A DNA stretch of 64,000 nt from NCBI RefSeq assembly GCF_009834535.1, contig NC_045707.1:48300001-48364000 (forward strand), read 5' to 3'. Shown piece after piece: positions 37,416-50,354 of the stretch. Source of the stretch: Camelus ferus (taxonomy: Eukaryota). The notes below the pieces were generated by a model. The model saw only the letters and a program-made list of their open reading frames with translations, had not been told where the DNA came from and ran no database searches. Both the position numbers and the translations under genes were made by a program. Each line of letters opens with the position of its first letter. Position 1 is the first letter of the stretch.

Positions 37416-37511
37416 ACACTCATACATCTCATGAAGGGAATGATAGTAAAGGAAATTTGCGTCTCACATTTTAATCCTTACTTATCTTCCTAACCGTTCC
37501 TCTTTGCCATA

Positions 37512-37950
37512 TGCAAGAAGAGTTGCCCTAACAAAGTATCACAAACTATATGGCTTAAAATAATGGAAATTCATTCTCTTACTGTTCTAGAGGACAGAGA
37601 TCTAAAATCAAGGTGTTGGCAAGCTTGGTGCCTTCTGGAGAGCTCTGAGGGAGTCTGTTCCATGCTTTCTCTTAGCTTCTGATGTTACTGACAATCCTTG
37701 GCTTGAAGACCTACCAGCTCCAGTCTCTGCCTCTATCATCAGATAATTTTCTCCCATTGTGTCTGTCTCTGCATCTCTTCTCTTCTTATAAGAATACTAG
37801 TCATATTGGATTAAGGGCCGCCATAATAAAGAATGACCTCATCTTAATGACATCAGCAAAGGCATTGTTTCCAAATAAGATCACATTCACAGGTACCAGG
37901 GTTTAGGAATTAAACAAATCTTTTGGGGGGACACAATTCAACCCATAACA
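37512..37950 (-). mobile_element. MLT1B/C-like solo LTR
   Basis: aacaaagtatcacaaact..aaatcaaggtgttggca..tttccaaataagatcacattcacaggtacc..gggggacacaattcaacccataaca; degenerate TSD ccata/ccaca. Confidence 0.92.
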
Positions 37951-37989
37951 CCACATAATTCTTAAGAGGATTAATTCTCAGAGAACATA

Positions 37990-38890
37990 CCTAATTCAAT
38001 AAACAAGTATCTCTTATGCATCAAGAATGTGTCTGGTGTTGTGCCAGCCCCTGGAGGTAGAACGGTTAACAAGCAAACTCTACCATTAAGTCAAAATATT
38101 TATTAAACATCTACATCTACTATTTATCAGGAACAGGTCCAAGAACTGAGAATACAGTAATTAATAGGATAAAGTCTCAGTTCTCAAGGAATTTATCTTC
38201 AAGTGAGACAAGATAGACAATAAATAAATTAACAAATATGATAATTTATGATACCAAAATGTGCTATGAAAAAATAAAGTAGGAAAATATGAGGAAGAGT
38301 GACTGGGGAAGGGTATCTAAAGAGTCAAGGAAGAACTCTATGGGAGGGTAAATTTTGAGTTAAGAGCTGAGTGACTAGAAGGAAGTGGCCATGCAAAGAT
38401 CTTGGAGCAGAGAATCCAAGCAGAAGGGCAGCCAAGGGCAAAGACCCTGGTTGGGAATGATGTAGAATGTTCAAGCCAGAGAATGAAAGCCATTGTCCCT
38501 AAAGCGTATGAACTAAAGGAAAAATGAAAAGAAACATGGTTGAGAAGTCAGTGCATAAGGGGTTTGGCTTTTATGATCTTTTCCCTAGGTAGATATTTAG
38601 GGGTTTTTAAATGACAATGACTTGAATGTAAGTTTTAGAAACATAACCCTGGCTGCATTCTGTGGGGTAGACTATAGAGAGAGAAGAACAGAATCAGGAA
38701 GACCACTGAGGTGACCACCGGATGAATCCAAACAAAAGACAGTGGGAACGTGGGGTAGAGCTGTAGTGGTGAAATTGGCAACAAAAGAGTTAGAACAGAG
38801 ATATATTTTACTAGAGAGGATGGAAACTTCTCATGAATTAGATGCAGGGTACGAATAAAAAAATAAATCAAGGATGACACCTCTTCATCA
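37990..38890 (-). mobile_element. L2 3' fragments: a short one followed by a ~800-bp one
   Basis: caaaatatttattaaacatctac..gagaatacag..gtgctatgaaaaaataaagtagg..gccatgcaaagatc..caaagaccctg..tcaaggatgac. Confidence 0.8.
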
Positions 38891-41800
38891 AAGAGCTTAC
38901 AGTATAATGGGAGATATCACAGAAAGGCACAATTTTAATTCATTGTGATCAGTGCTGTAATAAGAATAAGCCCAGACGGAATTCCCAGAACCATTTGGGA
39001 AAACTTGAAGGGAGGCTAGAATTCCCTCAGGAGTTGTGGGGATGTATCTTTTATAGCTGATGTTTTGTCCTATTCTCATTTCAAAGGCCAGCTTGCCTAT
39101 GAGAAACAGATTACATATGGTTTTCTGCTCAGAAAGAACCCACATCAGAATGTTATATTTTGACAAAGACTTCTGTTTCATGTCTGCTGAAATATAAATG
39201 AGTGTGTATTGGGGAGCCATTTGATGAGTGGAAGGAGGTTTGGAACCAGAACATGAGATTGACCCCAACTGTCTCTCTATGACTCTAGAGGAGCAAGACT
39301 TGAGGCAGATGAGGGACCGTTCTTGAAAGGAACCCCAGGTGAGAACATAATAGGGAGATACATGGTTCACTTAAGGCCAGTCTCTCGAGATATTGTGGGT
39401 CTTTAGCCAGCAAAGTTTCTCTCAAAATGTAGAATGGGCTTCCTCAGAGAGGACAAGAACTCAGAGTGGAATTTGCATGACTTCATAAGTTCCTAAATCA
39501 CGTTTCCCTAGACACCATCATCTGTATCTGTATATAACAAAACTCTCCTTAATATAGCCTTCATAATTAAAGTTGCTCTGTATTAATCACATGAAGAGAA
39601 AAATATATTATTGCCAAATCAGGTACAAAACTTTCTGCAACACCTAAGCAGATACACATGCACTGCCTAGTGCTTACCTCACTTATCTTTTCTAATATTA
39701 GTTTAATCTGACCTTGCCTCAGGATGTTCGCTTCTCTTGCTGCTCTTCTAGGCTTCTGACCATTTATTCATGGATTGTTTCTCTTGTTTCTGTACCTTCC
39801 CCAACACTCGCTCTCCTGTTGATTTGCTGCTGGGGTTCTATTTATTTCACCCCAGCTGCATGGTAAGCTATGCCAACGTGTATTTTGTTAGTCTCTGATT
39901 TAGCAGGTAGATTCTCAAAATACGTTAAGTCTTTCAGGCAAGTCATGACCTCTAGGAACCCTGCTTGGGATACAGATTGTTATTACCATTTGGGATAGTG
40001 AGTTTACTTCACTATTCATTTGCCTAGTCATAGATTAGGAAGGAGGACATAAAATCAATGTTTTCATAATCAAAGGTGCTTTTCTTTAAACATAAAACTT
40101 CTAAATAAAATATTCAGTATAAATATTGACTAAAGTAAACTGTAAAGGAAAGGTCTAGGAAGAAAAGACAAAATGGAACAAGATTTAAGCAACTACAATT
40201 GGGTAAGCGCAGATTAGGGCGCTTACTCTAGTCTCAGCCATGTGCAGGTGCATGTGCATAAACATACACATGTATGTATGTGCATGGATATGTGCGCATA
40301 TAAATCAAACTTCTGGTATTCTCTCAGAATTAACTTCCATATCCTGACTTTTGCTTAAGTTCTTAAAAGTTTCAGTTTCATGCTTGGAGCTAGTGGTATC
40401 TGAAAGCTTAATGCACATCTACTTTGGGCAGGCTTTTGTATAGATACTGAAGCCTTAATTGAGTAAAAAGTAGTTATTAGCATTTTTACTATCTTAGTTC
40501 TTTCATTAAGCTTTTCATCTGACTACCTAAGGCCATCCTACTTTCATTTGATAAGGGAAACAAAACCAAAGCTCTTTGTGTCATTTTCTCAGAAGGCCTA
40601 TTGAGAAAAGGAAATTAATATGTATCAATTCTCCTTTCTTTTCTTAGGACTAATTTAAGAAAACTCTGTGAATTCTCATATTTGCCCATTTTGTTGATTT
40701 CTGCTTTTACACTCAACTTCTGAAAAATGGTCATCAACTTCTTTATAACGTTTAAACTGCTGCCACTTTAAGATGCTGAACTCTTCTGTCATGAAGGCTT
40801 TAACACATCCTGAGCAAACCTTACTGCAACTATTTTAAGTGAAACCAGAGAATGGCTTACCCCGAAACAGTAGCTAGTTTTCCCAGTGGAGAGAATTATT
40901 CCTTTCAAAACAGTTCAGAATAAAAATCAAGACCATCGGTATAGAGCATAAGTAGAAATATACTCTAGGTTGTCCTAAGTCTTGGTAAGTGCAAGGTGGA
41001 GGAAACAAGCAAAATTTAGTGAAAAGAAATTCTAGGTAATATATTTTTTTAAGATGTGGTATGAATAAACCTGAAAGCCCACTGAGACCTTACAATTTCT
41101 AGAAGTGAAAGAAATTTCACAGCAGCACATTTAGGAATTGAAAAAAAAAAAACCTGAATACTCAAGGCTTACCTCAGTGAAACAGCTACTGACTTGTAGA
41201 ATCTTGGAGGCGATGGTAGCCAATCAGAATAACCAGATTTTTCTCGAATATCAGATTCCAACATTAATACACAACCAAAATCAAAGTCAGGCATCAGTCC
41301 TCATGCCACACACCTTTCCTGAAAAGGGAAAAATATGAACAGAGAAAATGACAACATGATACCATGGAGAGGTCATAAGAAATCATAACCAAAATTAAGC
41401 AACCATGTTAGAAATAAATTGTCATTGTATTGTTACTTTGCACTTTCCTGTTATATTAGCTCCTAGCAATTCTATGATTTCTACTCTCTTTCTGCAGGTA
41501 CTAGCACCTGATGCTTTTTGATACTAAATGAGAGAAAACCAAGAAAAAATGTTCATTGTGCATTAAGTCATCTCGTCAGTCTTTCAAGAACACAATTTCA
41601 GAAATGTTGATTTCCACATTGCTATACCCTATGGTACACTGATATGTATTAACTGGTGAGTAATACATAAAACATCAACATTCTAAGTATAAGATTCATG
41701 ACAATTAATGAGAATTAACAGTGGTTTTATTATATAGATACAAGTTTTGGAAAATGGGTCTATATACATCATTAGTGTATAATGGTATCATTTAGAAATT

Positions 41801-43119
41801 CTGGGGAAAGTACAGCAATTTTATCTTGATTAAAATATTCTTCTGAAGGGATTCACTTTTGAGTAACTCAATGTTCCCGAGTGCTGGATGACATTATCTT
41901 TTCAATAATACTTATACAAAAATGTAATCATTGTAATTATATTATGGGAAAATTCACTGTATACTACATATAGAATTATTTCCCTCTGTTGCAGATTTTA
42001 TCTTTCCTTCAGAGTCACTCTGAACTGAGCCATTACAAATAATTATTGAGGGGCATATTTAAAGTGGTGCTGTCTTCTGATGTTTGGGGGTATTAAATAT
42101 CACTGGTTCTTTTGATTTTTTTTTTTTTTGTAATTTGTATTTATTTCAATGCTTAGGCAGCTTAGTTTATTTATATGACTAGGTGACAGTGTATGTCTTC
42201 TTATATGTCATAGAAAACTGATGAAAAGGTGAGAAGTATAGCTCATCATGCTTATACTCAGGTATAAAGAAGTATTAGATAAAATGGGGAGTAATTAAGG
42301 GAAAGATTTATGTCTTGTGCCAGTCACATGAATTTTAAAAGTAGTTTTACTTTTTAACACTGAAAAAGAGAATTTTTAATAGCGATTTTCTTTCTTATAT
42401 TTACCTGCACCATATATCAGTATATGTGTGCCTTCACTAAACTCAGTGTGGGCTTTTATTTTGTAAATCAAGAAAATAGAGGAAGTTTTGTTGGAGTAAA
42501 TAGGAAAATGAATGGAGGGGTACAGCATAGCTTTTGTTCCTTCAAACTCTCTGCTTTTGTTATTGTTTTTAATCACTTAGTGTTAGAGACGCTATTTTGA
42601 TGAGAGGCTGTGGAAATTTGTGTATCGCACATTTTGTTTTGGGCCAGATGACAAAAGGTAGTAAAAACTGGAGAAGGCACCTATGCTGAACATAATACAA
42701 TACTTGTGGCTTCGATAACATTGAGAAGTAGCTCTCTTGGTGCAAATGTTCTTATAAGGGGTAGCAGCAATGCAAATGCTATTTGAGTGACTTGTCGGGC
42801 ATCATTCTTCAAAAGGGAGATCCAGAGCAGAAGCAGAACATGATGGGCACCAAGTATGTACTCTAGCTGATAGTTTGGGTTGCTAACATCCTTGTAACAT
42901 TTGTTGGGGGGCTGTTCTGGAAAATATATGGGAGTCATAAAGACCCTGGCAGTTCTGCGTGCGTAAGTGAGAACACTTTATAGGAATATAGGTTTATTGA
43001 CTTTATCATAGGTTTATCTGTACTGATCAGATTAAATGGCTTAGTACTTGGGAGTTGTAAATTTTAGCCTATCTTTGTTTTATTCTCTGGATTAAAGTCA
43101 GAGTAAAGCTTAGATCCCA

Positions 43120-43316
43120 AAATATTATGTTAGGATACTTGGTGTTAGCTGTCTCAATGATGTGTCACATAAAGGTTCATTTCTCGCTCAGGTAAAATCT
43201 GATGCAGGTCAAGTGTCTTCCATTTTAAGTTACATCGCGTGAAGGCCATGACTTCCACATTCTGCCAGAGAAGAAGGGAGGGATAGATGAGGCACCTGAC
43301 TCCTGGGACCGAACCC
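43120..43316 (-). mobile_element. Old MLT1 (K/J-like) LTR fragment, continuing at ~44405-44455
   Basis: cataaaggttcatttctcgctca.. and, after the ERVL, tgtgcaaggaaaaaacacttggaatatttggtgagc. Confidence 0.5.
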
Positions 43317-43871
43317 TGTATTAGTCAGAGTTCTCCAGAGAAACAGAATCAATAGGACATAGACTGATGCATCAATAGACAGATACTACCTATCTGTCTG
43401 TCTGTCTGTCTGCCTGCCTGCCTGCCTGCCTGCCTGTCTGTCTATCTATCTATCTATCAATCTATCATCAAGAGATTTAGTATAGGAATTGGCACACGTG
43501 ATTATGGAGGTGATCAAGTCCCAAGATCCAGAGGATGAAATAGCAAGCTAGAGACCAGGAGAGCCAATAGTTTAATTCCAGTCCAAAAACTGGAAAAAAA
43601 AAAATGATGTCCCAGTTTACAGGTAATATGGCAGGAAGAATTCTCTCTCACTCGGGGGAGGATCAGCCTTTTTGTTCTATTTAAGCTTTCAACTGATTAA
43701 ATGAGGCCCACTCACATTAAGGAGAGCAACCTGCTTTACTCAGTCTACCTACCAATTTAAATATTATTTTTTCCCCAAAATACCCTCACAGAAACACCCA
43801 GAATAATGTTTGACTAAATATCTGGGTACATCGTGGCCCAGTCAAGTTGACACATAAAATTAACCATCCCA
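43317..43871 (-). mobile_element. MLT2B-like 3' LTR with a (TCTG)(CCTG)(TCTA) compound repeat
   Basis: tgtattagtcagagttctccagagaaacagaatcaatagg..gtggcccagtcaagttgacacataaaattaaccatccca. Confidence 0.93.
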
Positions 43872-44404
43872 AGTTCATCCCTTGCTACTGGGCACCATAC
43901 ACATCTCTTTAAGCTGTATTTAATCTTTAAATAAAGGCAATACCAAGATCATCTTTCACCTAAAATGATACAACTATCATGCTTATAACAGAAAACTCAC
44001 TAACTTCTTTTTCCCAGAAGAAAAGATAAAGTTCTTGAGTGAGGTTTACTATTCTCAATATCCTGCAACTTAAATACTATGATGTAAAGGTAAGAATACT
44101 TAAATACTAGGATATAAAATCAATCAATCACCACCTTATGTTACAGAAAAAGAAATAAGAAAAGGAAGAAAACAAAGACATTTACTTAAAATTACATACA
44201 TACAAATATAATCATAACAAAATAAGGAGGAAATACTTATGACAATTATAGTCTTTGTTTCTGAAACTGATCATGTGATTGTAGCTTGTTATAAAAACTA
44301 CCTTCTTTCACTAGTTATTCTGTATTCCCTTTGGCTTAATCAAGCACTTTAGCTGGTTCTTCACCTAGTGGAGCATCCCAAATCTTCATTCCTGAAGGGT
44401 CTGA
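43872..44404 (-). mobile_element. ERVL internal 3' region (PPT remnant and pol C-terminus)
   Basis: caagggatgaact on the minus strand abuts the LTR, as a polypurine tract would; the minus frame from 44404 reads SDPSGMKIWDAPLGEEPAKVLD*AKGNTE*LVKEGS, like the ERVL pol C-terminus as I recall it. Confidence 0.85.
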
Positions 44405-45682
44405 TGGGGTGTGCAAGGAAAAAACACTTGGAATATTTGGTGAGCCCTAAACATCTCCAATATGGTAGCTGAAGCTTGAAAAGTGAAAAGCACATTTGAA
44501 AACCAATTGTATTCAAAGCTAGAAAACCAGACAGACATTTGTACTTTTGGATCATGTAGGGCATCTTTTATTTGGGGATCAGTTCTACATTCTTTGCCTA
44601 AGTGAAAAAAACCTGTTGCTTTTATGCCTCAGTTCTGGATGACTCTGCTATTAATATTTTGCCTCCCAGATGGATGATCTATCTACACTGGCTACTTCCT
44701 TAGGGAATCGCAGACATTTTCACAATAGAATCTGCATTAATTAACTATGAAGTGATCAAGGCTGTTCATTAAGTAATACAAGTCCACAGCAGACTCTACC
44801 ATCTTATAGTCACTTTTGAGGTGTAAACAAGCCTCTTCATCAAATTCCTCTTCCTGTAAAAGCACTGTTGGGAGATTAAACAAGCAAAAAATTGTACCAC
44901 ATCGACTTATTTCACTGTTTACCCAGAAAGTATGGTGCTTCTATGTCATCTTCACATCCAAAACATCCATTAAACAGAAATAAAACAGTGTAAGAAGCAG
45001 GTCTACTTATATCCTTAAAGACTCTTCCTTCCATGAGTCTTCTGCTCTACCCAAGACTAAGCCAAACGCGAGGTATGCTTGAAGACTTCTTGTTGATCTT
45101 CCTCCCAAACAAAACACAACTAAATATTATTATTATTATTACTATTATTGTTTGACTGAAAAACCATAGTTGAGAGAGAATGGGTGGGAATCCAAAAGAA
45201 AGGAAGAAAGAAAGGGCAATGATCAGGAAGAATGCTGCCAAAGAAACAAAAATTAAGGAAGACAATTTTACTACCACCTATTTAAATGGTTTCCTAGGTC
45301 TTTGTTTACTTTTCTATTCTCCAGTAGTTTGATTGCAGCAGTTACCTCCTAGTTTGAGTCTCTTTCTATGATATTTAAAAAATTGATAGCCTTAGTTAAC
45401 TAATGAGAATATTAAATTTGCCTTTATCATCATGTGACTAAAACAACAAATATTTTCTGGCTTTACATTTTTCAGCTAAGTTCTCTTGGAATCAAGGACA
45501 CATTGCTTGACCCAATTAATGTGCAGAATGAGGTTCTCTCCATCTCAGCTTATTCCAGTAGTCCAGTGAGGGTATTAAGCAAGTCGCCTAGTTCTTACTT
45601 ATTTCCTGTTCTTCAGTTAAGCAGACCCAGGGTTACATACTTTATTATAAAGATTTCTTTGGCATATAGAAGGGCATACAGA

Positions 45683-45727
45683 GTATGTGTATGTGTGTGT
45701 TGTGTGTGTGTTTGTGTTTGTGTGTAT
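45683..45727. repeat. Imperfect (TG)n tract
   Basis: Read directly. Confidence 0.9.
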
Positions 45728-48599
45728 GCAGTCTGCAAAACAAGATTTAAAATTAATTTGAGATTTGACTCACAGCCTGTTAGACTTTGTTCTGAAAAAG
45801 TGGTCACTATCACTACTTTGTGACAATACAGATTTTCAGTCAACATGTTTGGGGCATGAACATTTCTTCTCATATAGTACTTATTGCTTTGATGTTTCTG
45901 ACTCCCTCCTTAGATAGGATTTCTTGTGTTATTTTCTTCTCCCAGATCAAAGAAATGTCACATTGCCCAGCGATTTCATATCTTAGTGTACAGAAAATTC
46001 AAAGGCATGAAGTTTAGAAAGATTTAAAATAAATATCTGAGTAATGTAACTCTGATATCCAGGTGTTCCTTGCAGCTTTATATTATTACAGAGGAATGAT
46101 ATAACTGAGATCAGGCCCGGTAAAACACAATACATTTTTTGTACAAAATATAGTTTACAAAGAACATTCACATATATCACCTGATAGTATATTTATAAGA
46201 ACTTTAATGAAAGTTGGAGCAGATATTATTCTAATTTTATCAACCATAAAATCATGAGCCAAAGAATTTTAAATAACTAATATTTTAGCAGTGGAACAAT
46301 GATTAGAAATCATCTAGTCCAATGTATGTCAAACAAAGCTAGTCCAAGTTTATGCAGCTGGTAAGAGAGACAACTAGGACTCTGATATTCTCAACCAAAG
46401 TTCCTCAGTAAGAATTGAGATCCAAAAATTGGAGAAATCAGATATATAGATGAGATCCAAAAGACAAGAGTGAGGCTATACATGGACAATAGAGCCAATG
46501 GTCAGAGTGACTGAATAATAAGACTAGACTAGTTCAAACTAGCAGAAGACTCCTGGGTCATGGTGGAAAAGTGCTGGGGGGCTATGAACTGGGAGTGTGC
46601 TAAGTCAATAGATCACGGTGGTAAAAGGGTATAGAATTCAAATAGACCATGTTGTCTGTATAGAATTTCTGGACTGTGAAGGGAAGAACCTGGTCATCAG
46701 ATTCACTTGTCAAGTCAATGTGTGACCCAGAATGACTCCAAAACTTTAAAAGATAAAAATTAGTACAGCATTTGTATAGAGAGAGTCACAGACACTGCTC
46801 CGTCATAGACAAGATTTGATACCATGGTGGTAACAGGCACTGATATAGTGCTGGAACTCTGCTCCCTCAGGAACTCTGCCTTAGGGAGTTGACTTACATA
46901 GGGTGATTCTCAGATAAAGTGAGAATGTTGGACTAGGAAAGGCATTCAGAAAATACTTTGATCTGTGAAGCCCTTTTTTCCAGAGGCGATCATGCATGGT
47001 TACCCAGTCTGTAAAGGAGGTACACGTTATTGAAGCTTGCTTGAATGGAGAGCTTGCTTGAATGGAGAGACCCCTGCTCTCTCCATTCACCCTACAGTTA
47101 GCCCCTGAGTCATACTTTGCATCCTTCATCATCTGCAGAGTATTGCTTGAAAATCACTAGATTGGACGATTTATGATCATACTTTCACCGCTAAAGATAG
47201 TAGGAGACTGTGGTTCTAGAAGCAGGCTTTTACATTTGTTAATGAAGGTAGAGCGTGTATGTCATTGCTCTAGTTTATAACATTTGTCCATGGCTTCTTA
47301 GATAACTCTTACAGGGAAGAAGCTCTACCTCCCATCTGGCTTTTATAGGACTCAAGTTTGGGGATATGACAGAGAATGAGGATTAAATAGGCAAAAATAG
47401 GTGTCAAGATTGTAATTCCCTCTTCCTAGGGTCAGGGGATTCATTGCCTTTGAGGGGGACAGAGGAGGTCAGGAGGTCAGTCCTAGTCTCCAGACGGCCT
47501 GAGGAACTGGACATTAGCAGCATAAACAACATCTGCTGTCACTACAGGTATGGTTTTCTGAACATGGAAAAACTGAGCAGAGGGGGCAGTGCTGCTTCAT
47601 TTTATTCCCAGTTTGCTTATTTCCTGACTTTGGGATCTTGGATGTATATCATTTGACATAGCATTTAGCACGCTATTTAGCAGCCACCAGGAGCATCAAG
47701 AGACATAGAATCTGTAGCCCCAGTTTGCTAATTCTTAGTTTCTTGACCTTGGGCATATTAGGGTGGTTGGAGGAGTAAATGAGATAAGTTGCAGCAATAA
47801 CCATATTACCAAGTGGTGTAAATAGTATCTATAAATGATGGGTACCACTAAACCATCAGTAATCATAGTACTAAGTGTAATTTCTTCCCTGTGACTAGTC
47901 TATTCAGCAAAATTATAATAAAAAATAGCTAATAAACCCTTTTCTGGGAGTGAAGCATCTTTTATTTCCATCTAGGACTCTTTGGGATCTCTCTAGAGGT
48001 AGAGCCATAATTTGGGGCGGGGGTAGGATTTAGCAGCAGAGTCTCATGGGTTCTGTTGGGCCCAATCTCAAAGGGTTCTGCAGGAGCAACTTTGCCACCT
48101 AATTTTGTGTAGGTGCAGTAAAAGGGACAGTGGTGGAATTACTTGCTATATGCTTTAGAGGCAGGTAAGGGACAGCACCTTAACATTCTTGGAGACAAAA
48201 TACTCTTACCTGAGGTGACAACATTCATTATCAAGGATAATTGATAATGAGTGAGATCCTTTCTTTGCTGCTGATAAACAGGTGACATCAGGCTACAGAG
48301 GACGTACATTTTTGTGGTGATTCAGTATTTCTTTCATTTTGCTATTACTGACAGGAGATGTATAATTGACCTTTGCTCAGTCATGAAGCCTTATCATTTC
48401 CATGATTTCAATAATAAGATATTTGATTGATAGAGGAAAACTAGTCTCTGAGGGAAGCACATAATGGGCCACCCATAGTGTGGAATTTTAGAATATTTTC
48501 TAGCAAAATATGATGGAATCCTTCTGAATAAGTTCAAACTGGGAAGAAACAATATTAAATAATTCTAAATACTGCAGTGGAGTTTGGGACCCTAAGGTT

Positions 48600-49050
48600 G
48601 ATTGGGCTGTTTGTTTTGTGATGTTCCCCCGGGTTATTTTGTTGAGAGTTTGCCATTAAGTGGTCTAATTGTGTCAGTGGATGGGGCCCTTTTCAATTTG
48701 CATAATTTCCTCAGGGGACTGCAGTTGCTAATTTGGTGATTAATTATCCATATTACACATTGTTTATTTGACCATGCCTAGATTAATTTCTTTTTTCCAG
48801 CAAATCACATTTAGATATGAATTTGCATATCTTGATTACATTTTAATGCCTTGGCTATCATTGTCTCTTCCCTGGACACCTCATCAGATTACAGAAGAGT
48901 GCTCAAGCAGAGAATGATGGAATGTCTTAAATGACATTGCACATCAGTGGACAGATAATGCACATGACTTATTTTTAATGAAGAATGTGTTATTTCATAA
49001 TCAAGTGAGTTATTACATCTAATGTACAATATATTTTGTGTTTTTACCAT
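48600..49050. promoter_or_regulatory. Candidate POU/SOX/homeodomain enhancer (predicted)
   Basis: Perfect octamers ATTTGCAT at 48696 and 48821, SOX-type CATTGT at 48758 and 48859, many TAAT/ATTA cores, no recognisable repeat. Confidence 0.5.
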
Positions 49051-49389
49051 TTCCATTTCACCATTATCAACCAGTTTTAAAAAACAGCCTTAATTAACAT
49101 TTTGGATGTTGTTATAGATGTTTATCTCTCTATATGTCAAAATGTTTTATTTCTATTTATTTGTAATCTTGTTATTTGGCTATCAATTACTCGTAAGCTG
49201 GTTAATATTCAAGGTCTCTAATTAGTTAATTTCCCATCCAATTTTTTCCAGGATTGAAAACCACTAAGATTCCTGTGGCACTCAGTACACCATAGGTTTT
49301 TAACAATCAAGGACTGTGTCTCAATTTATCTTTTATTCAATTTATCTAATAGAGTGTCTTTGCTGCTCTCATTATTATAAAAATATATA

Positions 49390-49645
49390 ATAATTCATAT
49401 TATAGCTATACTTTTTTGAGCATTATCTGGGTTCCATATAGTGTTAAGAGCTTTACTCGCATCATCTGCTTCAGTTGTGAAATCATCTTATGAGAAAAGT
49501 ATTATTTTCCTTGTTTTACTGTGAGATAATGAGTTTTAGAGACAGACAGAAAGGAATTTGCTCCAGGTAAGATAACTAGGAAATGGTGTAGCCAAAATTA
49601 GAAACTGTCTAATAGTAAAGGCTGTGCTTTTAAGTAACATTGGGT
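49390..49645 (-). mobile_element. MIR
   Basis: tatagctatacttttttgagca..gtgttaagagctttac..ttttactgtgagataatgag..aatttgctccaggt..aactaggaaatggtgtagcca. Confidence 0.75.
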
Positions 49646-49665
49646 GCAGAATGCTAAGTGATAGG

Positions 49666-49790
49666 TGCTCTTAACCAAAATGAATAAATGCTCTTAATCA
49701 ACAATGAATGAATACTTTTAATCAACTGAATGGGCACAAAATGAGTGAATTAATGTTCATAATCAGCAATGAATGAATGCTCTTCACCAC
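49666..49790. repeat. Degenerate ~24-bp minisatellite (atgctcttaatcaacaatgaatga)
   Basis: About 5 imperfect copies, followed by (GAAT)n near 49820-49840. Confidence 0.7.
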
Positions 49791-50354
49791 TTGGAGGTGG
49801 TATATGGATGTGAAATACTGAGTGAATGAATGAATGAATGGTGGAAAGTTACTCTCCTATACCAGAGCTACAATCATGTAAAGAAGTTCTATTTCAACCC
49901 TCCATCCAAGTGTCAAGGCAGGAATAAATAGGATCAGGTCCAGGGCCTCCCTGAAGTGGGGGCTGGCAGCCTTGACATACAGCAGCCTGTGGGATGGAGC
50001 GCAGGCACAGTTCACCTCTCCCCAAACTATTGCTACATTCTCCCCAAACCATCCCTGGGATAAAACACAGAAACTGGATACTCACGAATCTGCAGAAAAT
50101 GTGGCTTATAGCTAACATTGTGGTTTTGAAGCCTGCACGTAAAGAACAACAACTACCGAAGAACTCTGCTGGTTCTTATGGGGAGGAACTTTTTGATACA
50201 TTGGACTCCTGCTCTCTTGAAGAGATATGCTTCAGGGCCATTTCCATATGCTGGTCCCTCCTAGTACAGTGTGAGGTCTTCAGAGCAACCTTACACTTAA
50301 CTGCTTAAGCTAGTACACATAACCATTTTACCAGGGAAATATGCTAGCTATGCT

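Noticed and set aside
38897..39370. Longest ORF in the track (157 aa, minus strand)
   Set aside because: No recognisable domain, overlaps decayed repeat-like sequence, and the length is within chance expectation for 64 kb in six frames
45434..45823. 129-aa ORF with a CVCVC run; similarly 16231-16557
   Set aside because: The Cys/Val run comes from a (TG)n repeat, and there is no other coding signal
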